Origin: an uncultured Chloroflexia bacterium
GTDB lineage: Bacteria > Chloroflexota > Dormibacteria > Aeolococcales > Aeolococcaceae
Assembly (NCBI GenBank): GCA_963793875.1
Contig: CAWCBS010000014.1
Location: forward strand, 179,335 to 243,334
Direction of reading: 5' to 3'
Length of the DNA: 64,000 bases
Shown: one piece after another, positions 1-9,993 of the stretch
Numbering within the stretch: the stretch's first letter is position 1
Layout: the number at the start of each line of letters is the position of its first letter
Made by a program: the position numbers and the translations under genes
Notes under the pieces: generated by a model
Told to the model about the DNA's origin: nothing
The model's input: only the letters and a program-made list of their open reading frames with translations
The model's database searches: none

Positions 1-336
1 CCCGGGGTCCGCGGCGAACGCGTCGACGATCGTTCGGAGCCAGTCGCGGTCCGCCTCGCAGTCGTCATCGATGAAGGCGACGATCTCGCCGCCGGCGCGC
101 CGCAGCCCGGCGTTGCGGGCCCGGCTGGCGCCGCGTTCAGGGAGATGGACATAGGCCACCCGGGCGTCATCGCCGGCGGCCTTGGCCACGGCCGCGCGCA
201 GCCGCGCCTCGGCCGCCGCGTCTCCCTGGCCCACGACCAGCAGCTCCCAGTCGGGCCAACTCTGTCCCTGCACCGAACGGATCGCCCTGCCCACCGCCGC
301 GGGGCGAACCGTGGGAATGCAGACCGACACCTTCAT
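1..336 (-). CDS. family 2 glycosyltransferase, N-terminal part (gene runs off the window start)
   Basis: Own translation of the minus strand from ATG at 336: MKVSVCIPTVRP...ARNAGLRRAGGEIVAFIDDDCEADRDW. This is a GT2 N-terminal fold with an acidic DDD motif. ATGA start/stop overlap with the upstream GT4 gene. Absent from the ORF track because there is no stop in the window. Confidence 0.75.
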   Translation of the reverse strand, partial: MKVSVCIPTVRPAAVGRAIRSVQGQSWPDWELLVVGQGDAAAEARLRAAVAKAAGDDARVAYVHLPERGASRARNAGLRRAGGEIVAFIDDDCEADRDWLRTIVDAFAADPG

Positions 337-1499
337 GTGGCGGTTGCGGCGTGGGCGGGTGCCCCCCCGTCGACGAGGTCCTCGTAGACCTGGACCAGCC
401 GGTCCACCATCCGATCGAGGTCGAAGTCCGACGCCCGCCGGCGAGCGGCCTCGCGGATGCGCGCGAGCAGAGCGTCGTCCGACACCGTGGTGCGGACCTT
501 GGTCGCCAGGGCCACCGCGTCGCCGGGCGGGATGAGGAAGCCGTCGACGGAGTCGGTGATCAGCTCGGCGAGCCCGGTGCCGGTGGTGGCGACGACGGGA
601 AGGCCCAGGGCCATGGCTTCGAGGCAGGCGTTGGCGAGGCTCTCGGATCGAGAGGGCATCACCACCATCCGGGCGGCCGCGATGATGGGGAAGAGTCGCG
701 CCTGCGGCATCTCGGCGAGGAAGTGGAGGCGGGGCAGGTAGGCGCGGCACCGCTCACGGGCGAGGTCGACGAAGAGCCGGCCCTGCATGCCGGTGTCCTC
801 GCCGACGAAGACCGCGTGCAGGCTCGGTCGGCCCGCCAGCACCTCGGGAAGTGCCTCGATCCAGGTGTCCACGCCCTTGCGCCGCTCCAGACGTCCGAAG
901 TAGAGGACGTACTCCAGGTCGCGGAGCTCGTCGGGGAGGCCACCGGAATCGGCGCGGAGCGCGCGGATCCCGGTCGGCACGATGGTGATCGATCCCGGGG
1001 GGATCCTCCACCGTCTTGCCACCTCGTCGGCGAGGGTCCGGGACGGACAGATCACCCGAGCGCTGCGCCGCGTCTGGGAGCGCTCCAGCCACCTTCTGAC
1101 GAACGTCCGCCGGCGCTGCATCCCGGGCAGCCTCTCATGCTCCTCGACGACGAAGTGGGGGGTGGCCAGGCGGGTCACCAAGGACGCGCCGGGATGCAGC
1201 GAGTACCACCACGCCTCTCCCTCCCACTCACAGGCCTGGACGATGTCGAGGCGGCCGAGACTGCGCAGTGCCCGGTTCACCGCCAGGGAGCGTGCCACGG
1301 CATGCGGTCGCAGGCTCCCCGTGGGGACCCGGTGGATCCGGACTCCGTCAACGATCTCGCTGGTGAGCTGACTGGTTCCCGGAATGAGGACATGGACCTC
1401 GTGCCCGAGCGCTGCCAGGGTGCGCGAGGTCTTCTCCGTGTAGGCACCGATGCCGCCGCCGGCTGGAGGCGGGCCGGGGCTGACCATGGCTATCCTCAC
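333..1499 (-). CDS. GT4-family (GT-B fold) glycosyltransferase
   Basis: 388-aa ORF. N-terminus MRIAMVSPGPPPAGGGIGAYTEK is typical of GT4. C-terminal motif VMPSRSESLANACLEAMALGLPVVAT is the E-x7-E-type region. Confidence 0.85.
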   Translation of the reverse strand: MRIAMVSPGPPPAGGGIGAYTEKTSRTLAALGHEVHVLIPGTSQLTSEIVDGVRIHRVPTGSLRPHAVARSLAVNRALRSLGRLDIVQACEWEGEAWWYSLHPGASLVTRLATPHFVVEEHERLPGMQRRRTFVRRWLERSQTRRSARVICPSRTLADEVARRWRIPPGSITIVPTGIRALRADSGGLPDELRDLEYVLYFGRLERRKGVDTWIEALPEVLAGRPSLHAVFVGEDTGMQGRLFVDLARERCRAYLPRLHFLAEMPQARLFPIIAAARMVVMPSRSESLANACLEAMALGLPVVATTGTGLAELITDSVDGFLIPPGDAVALATKVRTTVSDDALLARIREAARRRASDFDLDRMVDRLVQVYEDLVDGGAPAHAATAT

Positions 1500-1929
1500 G
1501 CGTGGAAGGTAGCGCCGCCAGGTGGCGGCGGCAATGGACGCTCATGGCGGCTTCTGCAGCCGTGTCTCAGCCTGGCGTGGACAATCGCCCACGCAGGCTG
1601 GGAGCCCCCCCCATGAGGCTCCGCGGGCCGGGGCCTCCGAGCCGCGCGCCGGGTCGCGCCGAGCTCTTCACCGCGGCGCGACGGGCGGAAGTCCCAGACC
1701 GGGAAGGACAAGTCGCGGTGTCGCGGATGCTGGCGCCCAGAGCCACGCGCACCCGCTGATTCCAGCGGATGCGAGGACGCGGTTAGGCTCGAGGCAAGGG
1801 GCGGCTCGGACGTCATCTCCGGGAGCATCGATCCGACCACCGCTCTGGCTTGGGCTCCCCCTCGGCCCCGCTGCCGGTCTTCTCGGCCCAGCCGCCCCGA
1901 CCGTATCCGCCATCCATCCGAGGCGCGAA

Positions 1930-2715
1930 ATGCCCCGCCCGCCCCGCGCGGTTCCCGAACCGGAGAGGATCGAGAAGGTGTGCGCCACGTATCAGGCGCT
2001 GACGGAGGCGAGGAAGGCGGGGCCATGGACCTTCGGGTGGTTCGTCCTCTCCCGGTGCGCCGCCATCCTGCGGATGGGCGTGATCATGGTCTCGCTGCCC
2101 CGCATCGAGGTGAGGCTCGGCCCGACCGGCGCCGGTCAGGAGATCGCACGGCACCTGTCGGTGCGCCACGGCCTCCGCCATGTGAACCGCTGGGCCGTCG
2201 GCGTGCTCCCGATCAGCGACAACGTGGACGAGTATCTCCGCGGCAGGAAGCGGCACGCCGTGAGAACCCACCTGCACCATGCGCAGGAGATGGGCCTCGG
2301 CTTCCGGGAGCTCCTCGACCCGGTGGCGACGCGGGCCGAGGCTGAGCGCATCCTCACGCTGCACCGCGACGAGTTCTGGGACGCCGACGGGCTCGCTCGC
2401 GGGGTCGATCGGGGGGCCAGCCGGGTCTTCGTCGTCGACGACGGCAACCATGTTGTGAAGGCCCTGGCGGCGGTGGTGGTCGACACCAGCTGGGCGCACC
2501 TGTACCTCTGCATCAGCGACCGTGGCGACACCGCGCCCGCGGCCCTCTATCTGCTCAACATCGGACTGGTGAGGAAGCTGGCCGACGAGGGGGTGCGCTA
2601 CCTCTTCGTCCGCAGCGCCCTGCACGTCACGCCGGGACAGCGGTACCTCCAGTCGCAACTCGGCTTCGAGCCCATGAACCTCCATCTCACCAGGAGGCTG
2701 TCCGGCGCCGCCTGA
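1930..2715 (+). CDS. GNAT/FemAB-superfamily acyltransferase-like protein (start uncertain)
   Basis: C-terminal 260 aa of the 1522..2715 ORF reads as real protein (DNVDEYLRGRKRHAVRTHL...LYLLNIGLVRKLADEGVRYLF...GQRYLQSQLGFEP). The upstream part of the ORF is Arg/Gly/Pro junk. The first in-frame ATG after the junk is at 1930. Confidence 0.5.
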   Translation: MPRPPRAVPEPERIEKVCATYQALTEARKAGPWTFGWFVLSRCAAILRMGVIMVSLPRIEVRLGPTGAGQEIARHLSVRHGLRHVNRWAVGVLPISDNVDEYLRGRKRHAVRTHLHHAQEMGLGFRELLDPVATRAEAERILTLHRDEFWDADGLARGVDRGASRVFVVDDGNHVVKALAAVVVDTSWAHLYLCISDRGDTAPAALYLLNIGLVRKLADEGVRYLFVRSALHVTPGQRYLQSQLGFEPMNLHLTRRLSGAA

Positions 2716-2812
2716 GCCGTGGGGTGGGGAAGGCGGAGCGTCGGGCGGGCGACCTGCCGGTGTCCAGGCGGGCGCCGGTCGGCGTCACGCCCTCCGCTCT
2801 CGGCCGGGTCGA

Positions 2813-5800
2813 TCAGCTGATGGTGATCGGCCCGGCCTGGAGCTGCCCCGCGCCGGGGGAGCCGGGGACGAGTGGCTCCATGAGCTTGACGTAGGCCACG
2901 TGGTCCGAGGTGTCGACGGCGGCGAGGTACTGCACGCCCAGGGTGAGCGCCGAGCCGCCGATGCTGACCGAGGGCATCGACGACGAGGTGTAGCCGTCGA
3001 CGGCGTAGATGTCGAGCCAGCGCTCCTGGACGGTGGAGCTGAAGGTCGGGACGAAGGTGACGGCGCCGCCCGACGCGGTGAACGTGTACAGCCCCTGGTC
3101 CGCGCTGAAGCCCCCGAAGCTGCCGGTCGTCATGGTTGGGCTGTCCGGGTTGAGGTAGTCGGCGGCGATGCTCTCAGCCTGCGCCGAGGTCAGATTCCGG
3201 CTGATCGCCTGCAGCAGGTAGAAGGTGATGGTGGTGCCACCGGGGAAGGAGTAGTCCTGGCCGGCGACGGCGTTGTCCCCGAACACGCCCACCTTCAGCC
3301 GGTTGCCGTTGACCAGCGTCTGGATCTGGAGGTTGGCCAGGCTGAGCGTCGAGAGCTTGGTGGCGAGGACCGCCGCCACCCCGTCGCTCACGCCCGATCC
3401 CGCCGCGGGGATGATGTAGAAGTAATTCGGGCTGCCGGGTGTGGCGGTCGTGGGCAGCCCTTGCACGCTGGCACCGCCCACGGTCCCGTAGCCGCCGCCG
3501 GCCGCGCCCCAGGTGGTGTCCGCCTCCTCCAGACCGCTGATGGTCCAGAACTGGAGGGGTTGGGTGGGGGAGAGGAGGATGGGCGAGCTGGAGGGGTTGC
3601 TGATGTCGAAGCGGTCGACGATGAAGCCCGGGTTCCCGGGGTAGACGTAGGTGGTGACGGTGTGGACGAAGCCGTTCGTGTCCACCCCGGCCGCGGGCAC
3701 CGTCGCCCGCATCCCGGCGCGGAACGAGGGGATGCTCGGGGCCATCTGGACCTGGCTGTAGGGGCTGTTCTCCGAGCCCACGAAGTTGCCGGCCGGCGAC
3801 TGGGTGTAGTCATGGGCCAGGTCGTCGGGGCTGGTGGTGTCGAGGGCAGACTGGGTCGGCCCGACGGTGCAGCCGTCCACCTCGTACCACATGGCCACGT
3901 TGGCTCCTCCGTACCCGGGGATGGTGCCGACGCGCCAGCCGTTGCCCGCCGAGTCGATGTAGGTGTAGTCGGTCTCGGTCTGGTCGTTGGGGGGACCGTT
4001 GGTCACCTCGCTCTGGATCTGCGTGGAGGTGGCCAGGCCGCCCGTCGCGCACGAGCCCGAGGCGGCGAGGCCGAAGCTGCCGTTGGCCGTGGTGCCCGGT
4101 GCCGGGGTGATCGAGGCCGACGCCGTCGAGTAGCCGGTGGCGGAGACGGTCACCGTGTAGGTGTCGTTGCCGGTCAGGCCGCTCAGGGTGTAGTCGCCGT
4201 TGGAATCCGTGGTGGTGCTGGCACCCCCGCTGAGCGCCACCGTGGCCCCCGCGATGGGTGTTCCGGTCGCCGACGAGGTCACCGTTCCGCCGATCTGGGT
4301 GATCGGGATCTGCGAGAAGCTGGCCCAGTCGACGTACGCGCCGGTGGTCCTCGTCCCCGCCTGCCCGGCACCCGGGAGCTCGGTCTGGGTGGCCTGGATC
4401 ATCCACCCCGGCTGGGCGCTGCCGGCCGCCCAGACCCGGCCCTCCAGCAGGCTGCCGGCCACCAGAAGCTGGGCGTGGTACGTGGTGCCGAGGGCGATGC
4501 TCTCTCCCTGGACCGCCAGCTGGGTCCAGCTGCCGTTGACCGCCACCCAGAGCGCGAGGTCGCCGTTGGGGTAGGCGGGCTGCGCGGAGTTGTAGGGGTC
4601 GACCGTCATCTCCACCAGGGTGTCGTCGTCATTGCTGCCCAGCTGCTGGACCCTGGCCAGGAGCCGCCCCCCGTGGGCATTGGCGGGGTCGTTCACGACG
4701 CTCGTCATCTCGAGATCGGCGCTGACCTCCTGGTTCGGGTACTGGTACCCCATCCAGGTGTCGTAGTCCGCGCCGGTCGATTCCGAGGTGTCCACGAAGC
4801 CCTGCTCGCCGCTGATGCCCACCTGGCTGCTGGTGACGACCACCCCGTTGTTGCTCGTGCCCAGATCGCTCGACCAGGCGTGACCGTCGCTGGAGGGCGA
4901 CCAGCCGCCGGTCTGATTCGGCTGGGTGAAGGTGTCCATCGCCTCCTGGGCTGGGATGGCGACGAGCGGCTGGTTGCCCACCGCCACGCTGCCGCCGGCC
5001 GGCGCCGTCACGTTGGCGGCGAGGTTGGCGTTGTATCCGACCGAGGCCCCGGTGAACAGGACGCTGTAGGTCCCGGCCGGGACGGCCAGGGTGTAGCCGC
5101 CGGTCGCGCCCGTGGTGGCGGCGGTGGTGGCGGGGAGCGTCGACACCTGAACCCCGGTGATGGCCGCGCCGGTCACCGAGTCCGCGACGCTGCCGGTGAT
5201 GGTGGAGTTGGGTGGAGGCGAGGAGCCGCTGACAGCGGCCACCGAGAAGGAGTCGAGCTTCACGGGCGACCCCGCCCCCGCCCAGCCGTAGAGGCCCATG
5301 GTGCCCGCGGTGGTGATGGCCGCCGTGCTCGTCCCCGACCACGTCCACGACGAGGGCTCGGCGGTCCCGTCCTGCCACAGCCTGAGGTAGACGCTGCTTC
5401 CCTGCACCTCGACGCGCAGCCAGTAGGAGGTGTTCACGCTGACGCTCGCCGCCGTGTTCGCGACCACCGTCCAGTTGCCGCTGGACCCGACCATGAACTC
5501 GAGATTCCCGGCGCCGCCGAAGCGGGCGAGGTTCATGCTCCCGTTCGACTGGTAGTCGAGGATGATGCCCGCGGTGTCGTTGGCGGCGCTCACCGAGAAG
5601 CGGACCAGCCCATTGACCGCGGCCGCTGTGGTCGTGCCCAGGATCTCGAAGTCGCTGCCCCCCGAGGTGCCGTTGATCGTCCCCTCGTCGCCGGCCACCG
5701 ACGTGGTGGAGGCCGTCCCCGACGCCTGGGTCCAGACGTGCCCGTCGCTGGCTGTGCCCCATCCGCTCTGGGCGGTGCGCTGGAAGGTGTCCTGAACCAG

Positions 5801-8800
5801 GAACGCCGGGCTCACCACGACCGCGGACGTCGCCGACGCACTGACCCCGGTCAAGTCGGTCACGGTCAGCTGCACGGTGAAGGTTCCACTGGTGGTGTAG
5901 GTGTGGGTGGGCGCCGGGCTGGGCGAGCCCTGGGTGACCGACGCGCTGCCGTCACCGAAGGTGAACGTGTAGCTGGAGATCGGGTGGGAGCCGGCGGTCG
6001 ACGCCGCGGCGTTGGCGGTCACCTGAAGCGGTGCCGTGCCGGATGCCGGCGTCACCGTGAGGGATGCGGTCGGCGGCGTTGTCAGGGTCACTGTGGAGCT
6101 CGCCGTCGAGGTGGCGCCGGCGCCGTCGGCGATGGTGACCGTGACGGTGTAGGTTCCGGAGGCGGTGTAGGTGTGCGCGGCGGACGACGCACCCTGCGGT
6201 CCCACCGTGGTTCCGTCGCCGAAGCTGAAGGTGTAGCTGGAGATGCCGATCGGATCCGTCGAGCCGGAGGCATTGGCGCTCACCGTGAGCGGTGCGCCGG
6301 TGGGGGTGGCGGTGAGGGCGGCGACGGGCTGGCCGACCAGCTCCTGCGCCGTCGCTGTCGAGGACTGCCCGGCGCTGTCGGTGACCTTGACCGTCACCGT
6401 GTAGGTCCCGCCCGCCGTGTAGGTGTGGGTCGGCTTGGGCGTGGGCGCGCTCTGGGTGACGGCCGCGCTGCCGTCCCCGAAGCTGAAGGTGTAGCTGGAG
6501 ATCGGGCTGGTCCCCGCGGTCGACCCGGTGGCGTCGGCGGTCACCTGGAGGGGAGCCTTGCCGGACGGTGGGCCGAGCGCCAGCGCCGCGGTCGGGCCGC
6601 TCGCGACGCTGACCGCCGCGGTGGCCTGGGAAGTGGCCCCGGCGCTGTCGGTCGCGGTCACGGTCACGGTGTCGTTGCCGACGGACGTGTAGGTGTGGGT
6701 CGCGGTGGAGGAGGAGCCGCTCACCGTTGGGCTGCCGTCGCCGAAGTTGAAGGCGTAGCCGGTGATGGCGACCGCCACGGCGTCGGTGGAGGCAGACGCG
6801 TTGGCGGTCACGGTGAGCGGGGCGTTGCCGGATGAGGGGCTCACCTTCAGCGCCGCGACGGGCTGACCCACGGTCTCCTGGGCGGTCGCCGTGGAGGCCA
6901 GGCTGGCGCTGTCCGTCACCGTGACGGTGACCGTGTAGACACCTCCCGTCGCATAGGTGGCGACCGCGGTCGGCGACGACTGGGGCCCGACCGTCGTCCC
7001 GTTGCCGAACGCGAAGGTGTAGCTGGAGATCGGGTTGCTGCCCGGCTTGGACCCGGAGGCGCTGGCGGTGACCGGCTGGCCCGCGGGGGTTGACGTCGGG
7101 CTGAGGGCGAGCGCCGCAATCGGCCCGCTGCCGGCCGTGGACGCCTTGAAGACGGCGACGACGGCGCCGCCGTAGCCGGAGCTGCCGCTGGCCATGGTCA
7201 TCGACTGGCCGACGGCCGACGCCGAGGTCGTGTCCTCCAGGCCGCCGGTGAAGAGCCAGTTGGAGATCGCCGATTCGCGCAGCGTGAAGCCGCTGCCGGC
7301 GCTGAAGCCGCTGCCGGCATAGGTCTGGCCTCCGACGCCGACGACGAGCTCACCCGAGCCGCCGATGGCCGCCGTCGGCCCCGCCTTGAGCGTGCTCCCG
7401 GTGGTGGAACCGGTCGCGTCCTGGTCCAGCGCCGCGGTGGCGGCGATATCCGAGTACTCGGCGACGGTCAGAGCGGCGCTGCCGGTGACTGTCACCGTGT
7501 CCGAGCCGCCCTTCGAGCCCAGGAGGTAATAGAGGTCGACGTGCCCGTTGCCGTAGGCGAGCGCGGTGGCCCGGGTCCAGGAGCCGTTGAGGCTGTCCGC
7601 GACCCCGCTCACGTCGGTGCTGCCGGCGGTGATCCCGGCGACCAGGAGGTCGCCTCCGGTCACCGGCTTGGCGAGGGTGAGCTTGGACGAGGTGGTGGCT
7701 CCGCCCTGGACGAAGGCGGGTATGCTGCCCGGCGCCGCGCTCACCGTCTCCTGGGCGGTCGCCGTCGAGGTCAGCCCGGCGCTGTCGGTGACGGTGACCG
7801 TCACCGAGTAGGTGCCGCCCGTCGTGTAGGTGTGGGTGGCGCTGGACGAGCTGCCGGTCACCGTGGCGCTGCCGTCTCCGAAGCTGAAGCTGTAGCTCGA
7901 GATGGGGTTGCTGCCCGGGGTGGAGCCCGACGCGGTGGCGGTGACACCGAGCGGCGCCTGCCCGGAGGAGGGGGTGAGGCTGAGCGCCGCGGTCGGTCCG
8001 TGCTGGACGTTCACCGTGGCCGTCGCCGTCGCGGTGGCCCCGGTGCTGTCGGTGACGGTCACCGTGACCGTGTAGGCGGCGACGGCGGTGTAGGTGTGGG
8101 TGGCGGTCGCCGATGTCCCGCTCACGGCAGCGCTGCCGTCTCCGAAGTTGAAGGAGTAGGTGGCGATCGACACACCGGTGGCATCGGCGGATGCGGCGGC
8201 GCTGGCGGTCACCGGCAACGGTGCGCTCCCCGAGGACGGGGTCACGCTGAGGACCGCGGTGGGTTGACCCACCGTCTCCCGAGCCGTGGCGCTGGAGGAG
8301 ACCCCCGCGCTGTCGGTGACGGTCACGGTGACGGTGTAGACGCCCCCCGCCGTGTAGGTGTGGGCGGCCGTGGGGCTGGCCGAGGGGCCGACGCTGCTGC
8401 CGTCCCCGAAGGTGAAGCTGTAGGAGGAGATGGGATTGGCCCCCGGCGTCGACCCGGAGGCGTTGGCGGTCACCTGCTGGTTCACCGGGGTGGACGCCGG
8501 GCTCAGGGTGAGGGCTGCGACCGGCGCGCTGCTCGGCGCCGCGGCCTTGAAGACGGCCACCACGGCACCGAAGTACTGACTCGAGCCTGACCCCATGGTC
8601 ATCGACTGACCGGCGGTGGAGGAGGAGAGGGAGTCCTCCAGCCCGTCGGCGGCCCACCAGTTGGAGACGGCCGATTCACGGAGGCTGAAGCCGCTTCCGG
8701 CGCTCAGCCCGCTGCCGACGTTGCTCTGGCCTCCCACGCCGAGGACCAGCTCACCCGCACCCCCGATGGCGGCGGTCGGGCCGGCCCTGGGGGCGCTGCC

Positions 8801-9235
8801 GCTCCCGCTGCCGCTCGTCACCTGGTCCAGGGCGGCGCCGGTGACGATGCCCGAGTACTCGGCGACGGTCACGGCGCCTCCGCCGCTCCCCCCCAGCGAG
8901 ACGGTGAGGCTGCCGGCCCTGGAGCCCGGGAGGTAGTAGAGGTCGACATGGCCGTTGCCGTAGCCGAGCGAGGTGGCCCGGGTCCAGGCCCCGTTGAGGC
9001 TGTCGGAGACCCCGGTGACAGGATCTGTCCCCGAGTCGTTGGTGGTGACGCCGACGACCAGCAGGTCTCCCGCGGTCGCGGCCTTGGGCAGGGCGACGCT
9101 GGAGCCTATGGCAGTCGCCCCCTGGACGAAGGCGGGTGCCGTCGACGCCGCGGCGGCGCCGCCGCCCTGGCAGAGGGAGGCGAGGACGGCAGCGCCGGCC
9201 AGGCCACACGCGAGGCTTCGATGGCGCGCCATCAC
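2813..9235 (-). CDS. giant secreted multidomain surface/matrix protein. Signal peptide; 2 copies of an unknown about 200-aa module; 8 PKD domains; 2 LamG/concanavalin-like domains; 2 CarboxypepD_reg-like domains; unknown about 410-aa C-terminal domain.
   Basis: 2140-aa ORF. N-terminus MMARHRSLACGLAGAAVLASLCQGGGAAAAS is a Sec signal. There are eight repeats of the PKD signature (ISSYSF.FGDGS...HTYT..G.YTVTVTVTDSAG). Two ITGSV.D..TG..I.G..V / G.Y.L..L..G.YTV segments look like CarboxypepD_reg. Start GTG/ATG overlaps the stop of the upstream methyltransferase. Confidence 0.9.
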   Translation of the reverse strand: MMARHRSLACGLAGAAVLASLCQGGGAAAASTAPAFVQGATAIGSSVALPKAATAGDLLVVGVTTNDSGTDPVTGVSDSLNGAWTRATSLGYGNGHVDLYYLPGSRAGSLTVSLGGSGGGAVTVAEYSGIVTGAALDQVTSGSGSGSAPRAGPTAAIGGAGELVLGVGGQSNVGSGLSAGSGFSLRESAVSNWWAADGLEDSLSSSTAGQSMTMGSGSSQYFGAVVAVFKAAAPSSAPVAALTLSPASTPVNQQVTANASGSTPGANPISSYSFTFGDGSSVGPSASPTAAHTYTAGGVYTVTVTVTDSAGVSSSATARETVGQPTAVLSVTPSSGSAPLPVTASAAASADATGVSIATYSFNFGDGSAAVSGTSATATHTYTAVAAYTVTVTVTDSTGATATATATVNVQHGPTAALSLTPSSGQAPLGVTATASGSTPGSNPISSYSFSFGDGSATVTGSSSSATHTYTTGGTYSVTVTVTDSAGLTSTATAQETVSAAPGSIPAFVQGGATTSSKLTLAKPVTGGDLLVAGITAGSTDVSGVADSLNGSWTRATALAYGNGHVDLYYLLGSKGGSDTVTVTGSAALTVAEYSDIAATAALDQDATGSTTGSTLKAGPTAAIGGSGELVVGVGGQTYAGSGFSAGSGFTLRESAISNWLFTGGLEDTTSASAVGQSMTMASGSSGYGGAVVAVFKASTAGSGPIAALALSPTSTPAGQPVTASASGSKPGSNPISSYTFAFGNGTTVGPQSSPTAVATYATGGVYTVTVTVTDSASLASTATAQETVGQPVAALKVSPSSGNAPLTVTANASASTDAVAVAITGYAFNFGDGSPTVSGSSSTATHTYTSVGNDTVTVTATDSAGATSQATAAVSVASGPTAALALGPPSGKAPLQVTADATGSTAGTSPISSYTFSFGDGSAAVTQSAPTPKPTHTYTAGGTYTVTVKVTDSAGQSSTATAQELVGQPVAALTATPTGAPLTVSANASGSTDPIGISSYTFSFGDGTTVGPQGASSAAHTYTASGTYTVTVTIADGAGATSTASSTVTLTTPPTASLTVTPASGTAPLQVTANAAASTAGSHPISSYTFTFGDGSASVTQGSPSPAPTHTYTTSGTFTVQLTVTDLTGVSASATSAVVVSPAFLVQDTFQRTAQSGWGTASDGHVWTQASGTASTTSVAGDEGTINGTSGGSDFEILGTTTAAAVNGLVRFSVSAANDTAGIILDYQSNGSMNLARFGGAGNLEFMVGSSGNWTVVANTAASVSVNTSYWLRVEVQGSSVYLRLWQDGTAEPSSWTWSGTSTAAITTAGTMGLYGWAGAGSPVKLDSFSVAAVSGSSPPPNSTITGSVADSVTGAAITGVQVSTLPATTAATTGATGGYTLAVPAGTYSVLFTGASVGYNANLAANVTAPAGGSVAVGNQPLVAIPAQEAMDTFTQPNQTGGWSPSSDGHAWSSDLGTSNNGVVVTSSQVGISGEQGFVDTSESTGADYDTWMGYQYPNQEVSADLEMTSVVNDPANAHGGRLLARVQQLGSNDDDTLVEMTVDPYNSAQPAYPNGDLALWVAVNGSWTQLAVQGESIALGTTYHAQLLVAGSLLEGRVWAAGSAQPGWMIQATQTELPGAGQAGTRTTGAYVDWASFSQIPITQIGGTVTSSATGTPIAGATVALSGGASTTTDSNGDYTLSGLTGNDTYTVTVSATGYSTASASITPAPGTTANGSFGLAASGSCATGGLATSTQIQSEVTNGPPNDQTETDYTYIDSAGNGWRVGTIPGYGGANVAMWYEVDGCTVGPTQSALDTTSPDDLAHDYTQSPAGNFVGSENSPYSQVQMAPSIPSFRAGMRATVPAAGVDTNGFVHTVTTYVYPGNPGFIVDRFDISNPSSSPILLSPTQPLQFWTISGLEEADTTWGAAGGGYGTVGGASVQGLPTTATPGSPNYFYIIPAAGSGVSDGVAAVLATKLSTLSLANLQIQTLVNGNRLKVGVFGDNAVAGQDYSFPGGTTITFYLLQAISRNLTSAQAESIAADYLNPDSPTMTTGSFGGFSADQGLYTFTASGGAVTFVPTFSSTVQERWLDIYAVDGYTSSSMPSVSIGGSALTLGVQYLAAVDTSDHVAYVKLMEPLVPGSPGAGQLQAGPITIS
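6338..9136 (-). repeat. internal tandem duplication inside the giant gene: two about 465-aa units (7727..9136 and 6338..7720), each consisting of an unknown FVQG...VAEYS...VVAVFKA module plus three PKD domains
   Basis: Residues 34-503 and 506-966 align colinearly by eye. Example: PAFVQGATAIGSS..GDLLVVGV..SDSLNGAWTRATSLGYGNGHVDLYYL versus PAFVQGGATTSSK..GDLLVAGI..ADSLNGSWTRATALAYGNGHVDLYYL. Confidence 0.8.
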
Positions 9236-9993
9236 GACCCTCCCGACCGGTCATGACCCCGAGGCCCGGCGCCGCTCGGCGCCGCCGCCTCGCAGACCGC
9301 GAGCATCCACTTGGGCACGACGCGTGGGCCGTAGGCCCGCTCTTCGACGATGCGCAACCCAGCCTCCTCCAGCATGCGGTGAAACTCCTCGCGGCTGTGA
9401 TGAGTCACGATCCCGGTCCACTCCGGCAGCACGCCTCCAGCCCGCCAGGTTCGCAGCCACCGGCGGGGACGCCTGCCCACGTAGGCGGGGTAGCGGAGCA
9501 TCCAGTGGGGGCGCCGGTTGGTGGTGTCGACGACGGCCACGCCGCCCGGGGCGAGCACCCGGCGGAGCTCGCGGAGGGTCGCGACGGGGTCGGGCAGGAG
9601 CACCAGGAGATCGACGGCGATGGCGACGTCGAAGCTGCCGGAGGCGAAGGGGAACGGATCGGCGGCGTCGAGGCGGGTGAGGATCAGCGCGTCCGGAGCG
9701 AGACCGGCGGCGCGGCCTTCGCCCGCGGCGCGCTCCAGCATCTCGGCGGAGACGTCGGCCAGGGTGACAGTGCGGTCCCGGGCCAGGGGGACGGCGATCC
9801 GTCCGGGACCGCCGCCCAGGTCGAGCACACGGCTGCCCGGCCTGCTCCTCACGATCGTCAGGATGTCGTGGCGCTTGGCCGCGTAGAGATTCCGGAAGGG
9901 GTTCTCCGGTGCGTCGGGCCGGAAGAGGTCGGGATACCGGCCGTCGCTGAAGACGGCGCGGTTCAGCGATCCCTGCTCCCGCGCTGCGCTCAT
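9232..9993 (-). CDS. class I SAM-dependent methyltransferase
   Basis: Motif I is VLDLGGGPGRIAVPLA, followed by DVSAEMLERA and later LAPGGVAVV. The internal ATG at 9993 forms an ATGA overlap with the stop of the upstream gene. The ORF track gives a longer 9232..10113. Confidence 0.85.
   Translation of the reverse strand: MSAAREQGSLNRAVFSDGRYPDLFRPDAPENPFRNLYAAKRHDILTIVRSRPGSRVLDLGGGPGRIAVPLARDRTVTLADVSAEMLERAAGEGRAAGLAPDALILTRLDAADPFPFASGSFDVAIAVDLLVLLPDPVATLRELRRVLAPGGVAVVDTTNRRPHWMLRYPAYVGRRPRRWLRTWRAGGVLPEWTGIVTHHSREEFHRMLEEAGLRIVEERAYGPRVVPKWMLAVCEAAAPSGAGPRGHDRSGGS

Noticed and set aside
2900-6835. 1311-aa ORF on the plus strand
   Set aside because: It is antisense to the well-supported giant PKD gene. 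Its translation is Arg/Gly/Ala/Asp-rich with no domain-like motifs. This is a typical shadow ORF of high-GC DNA.
5810-8530. Regularly spaced repeats of about 270 nt that could be mistaken for a repeat array or CRISPR
   Set aside because: They are in-frame PKD domain repeats of one long ORF. There are no short identical direct repeats with unique spacers.
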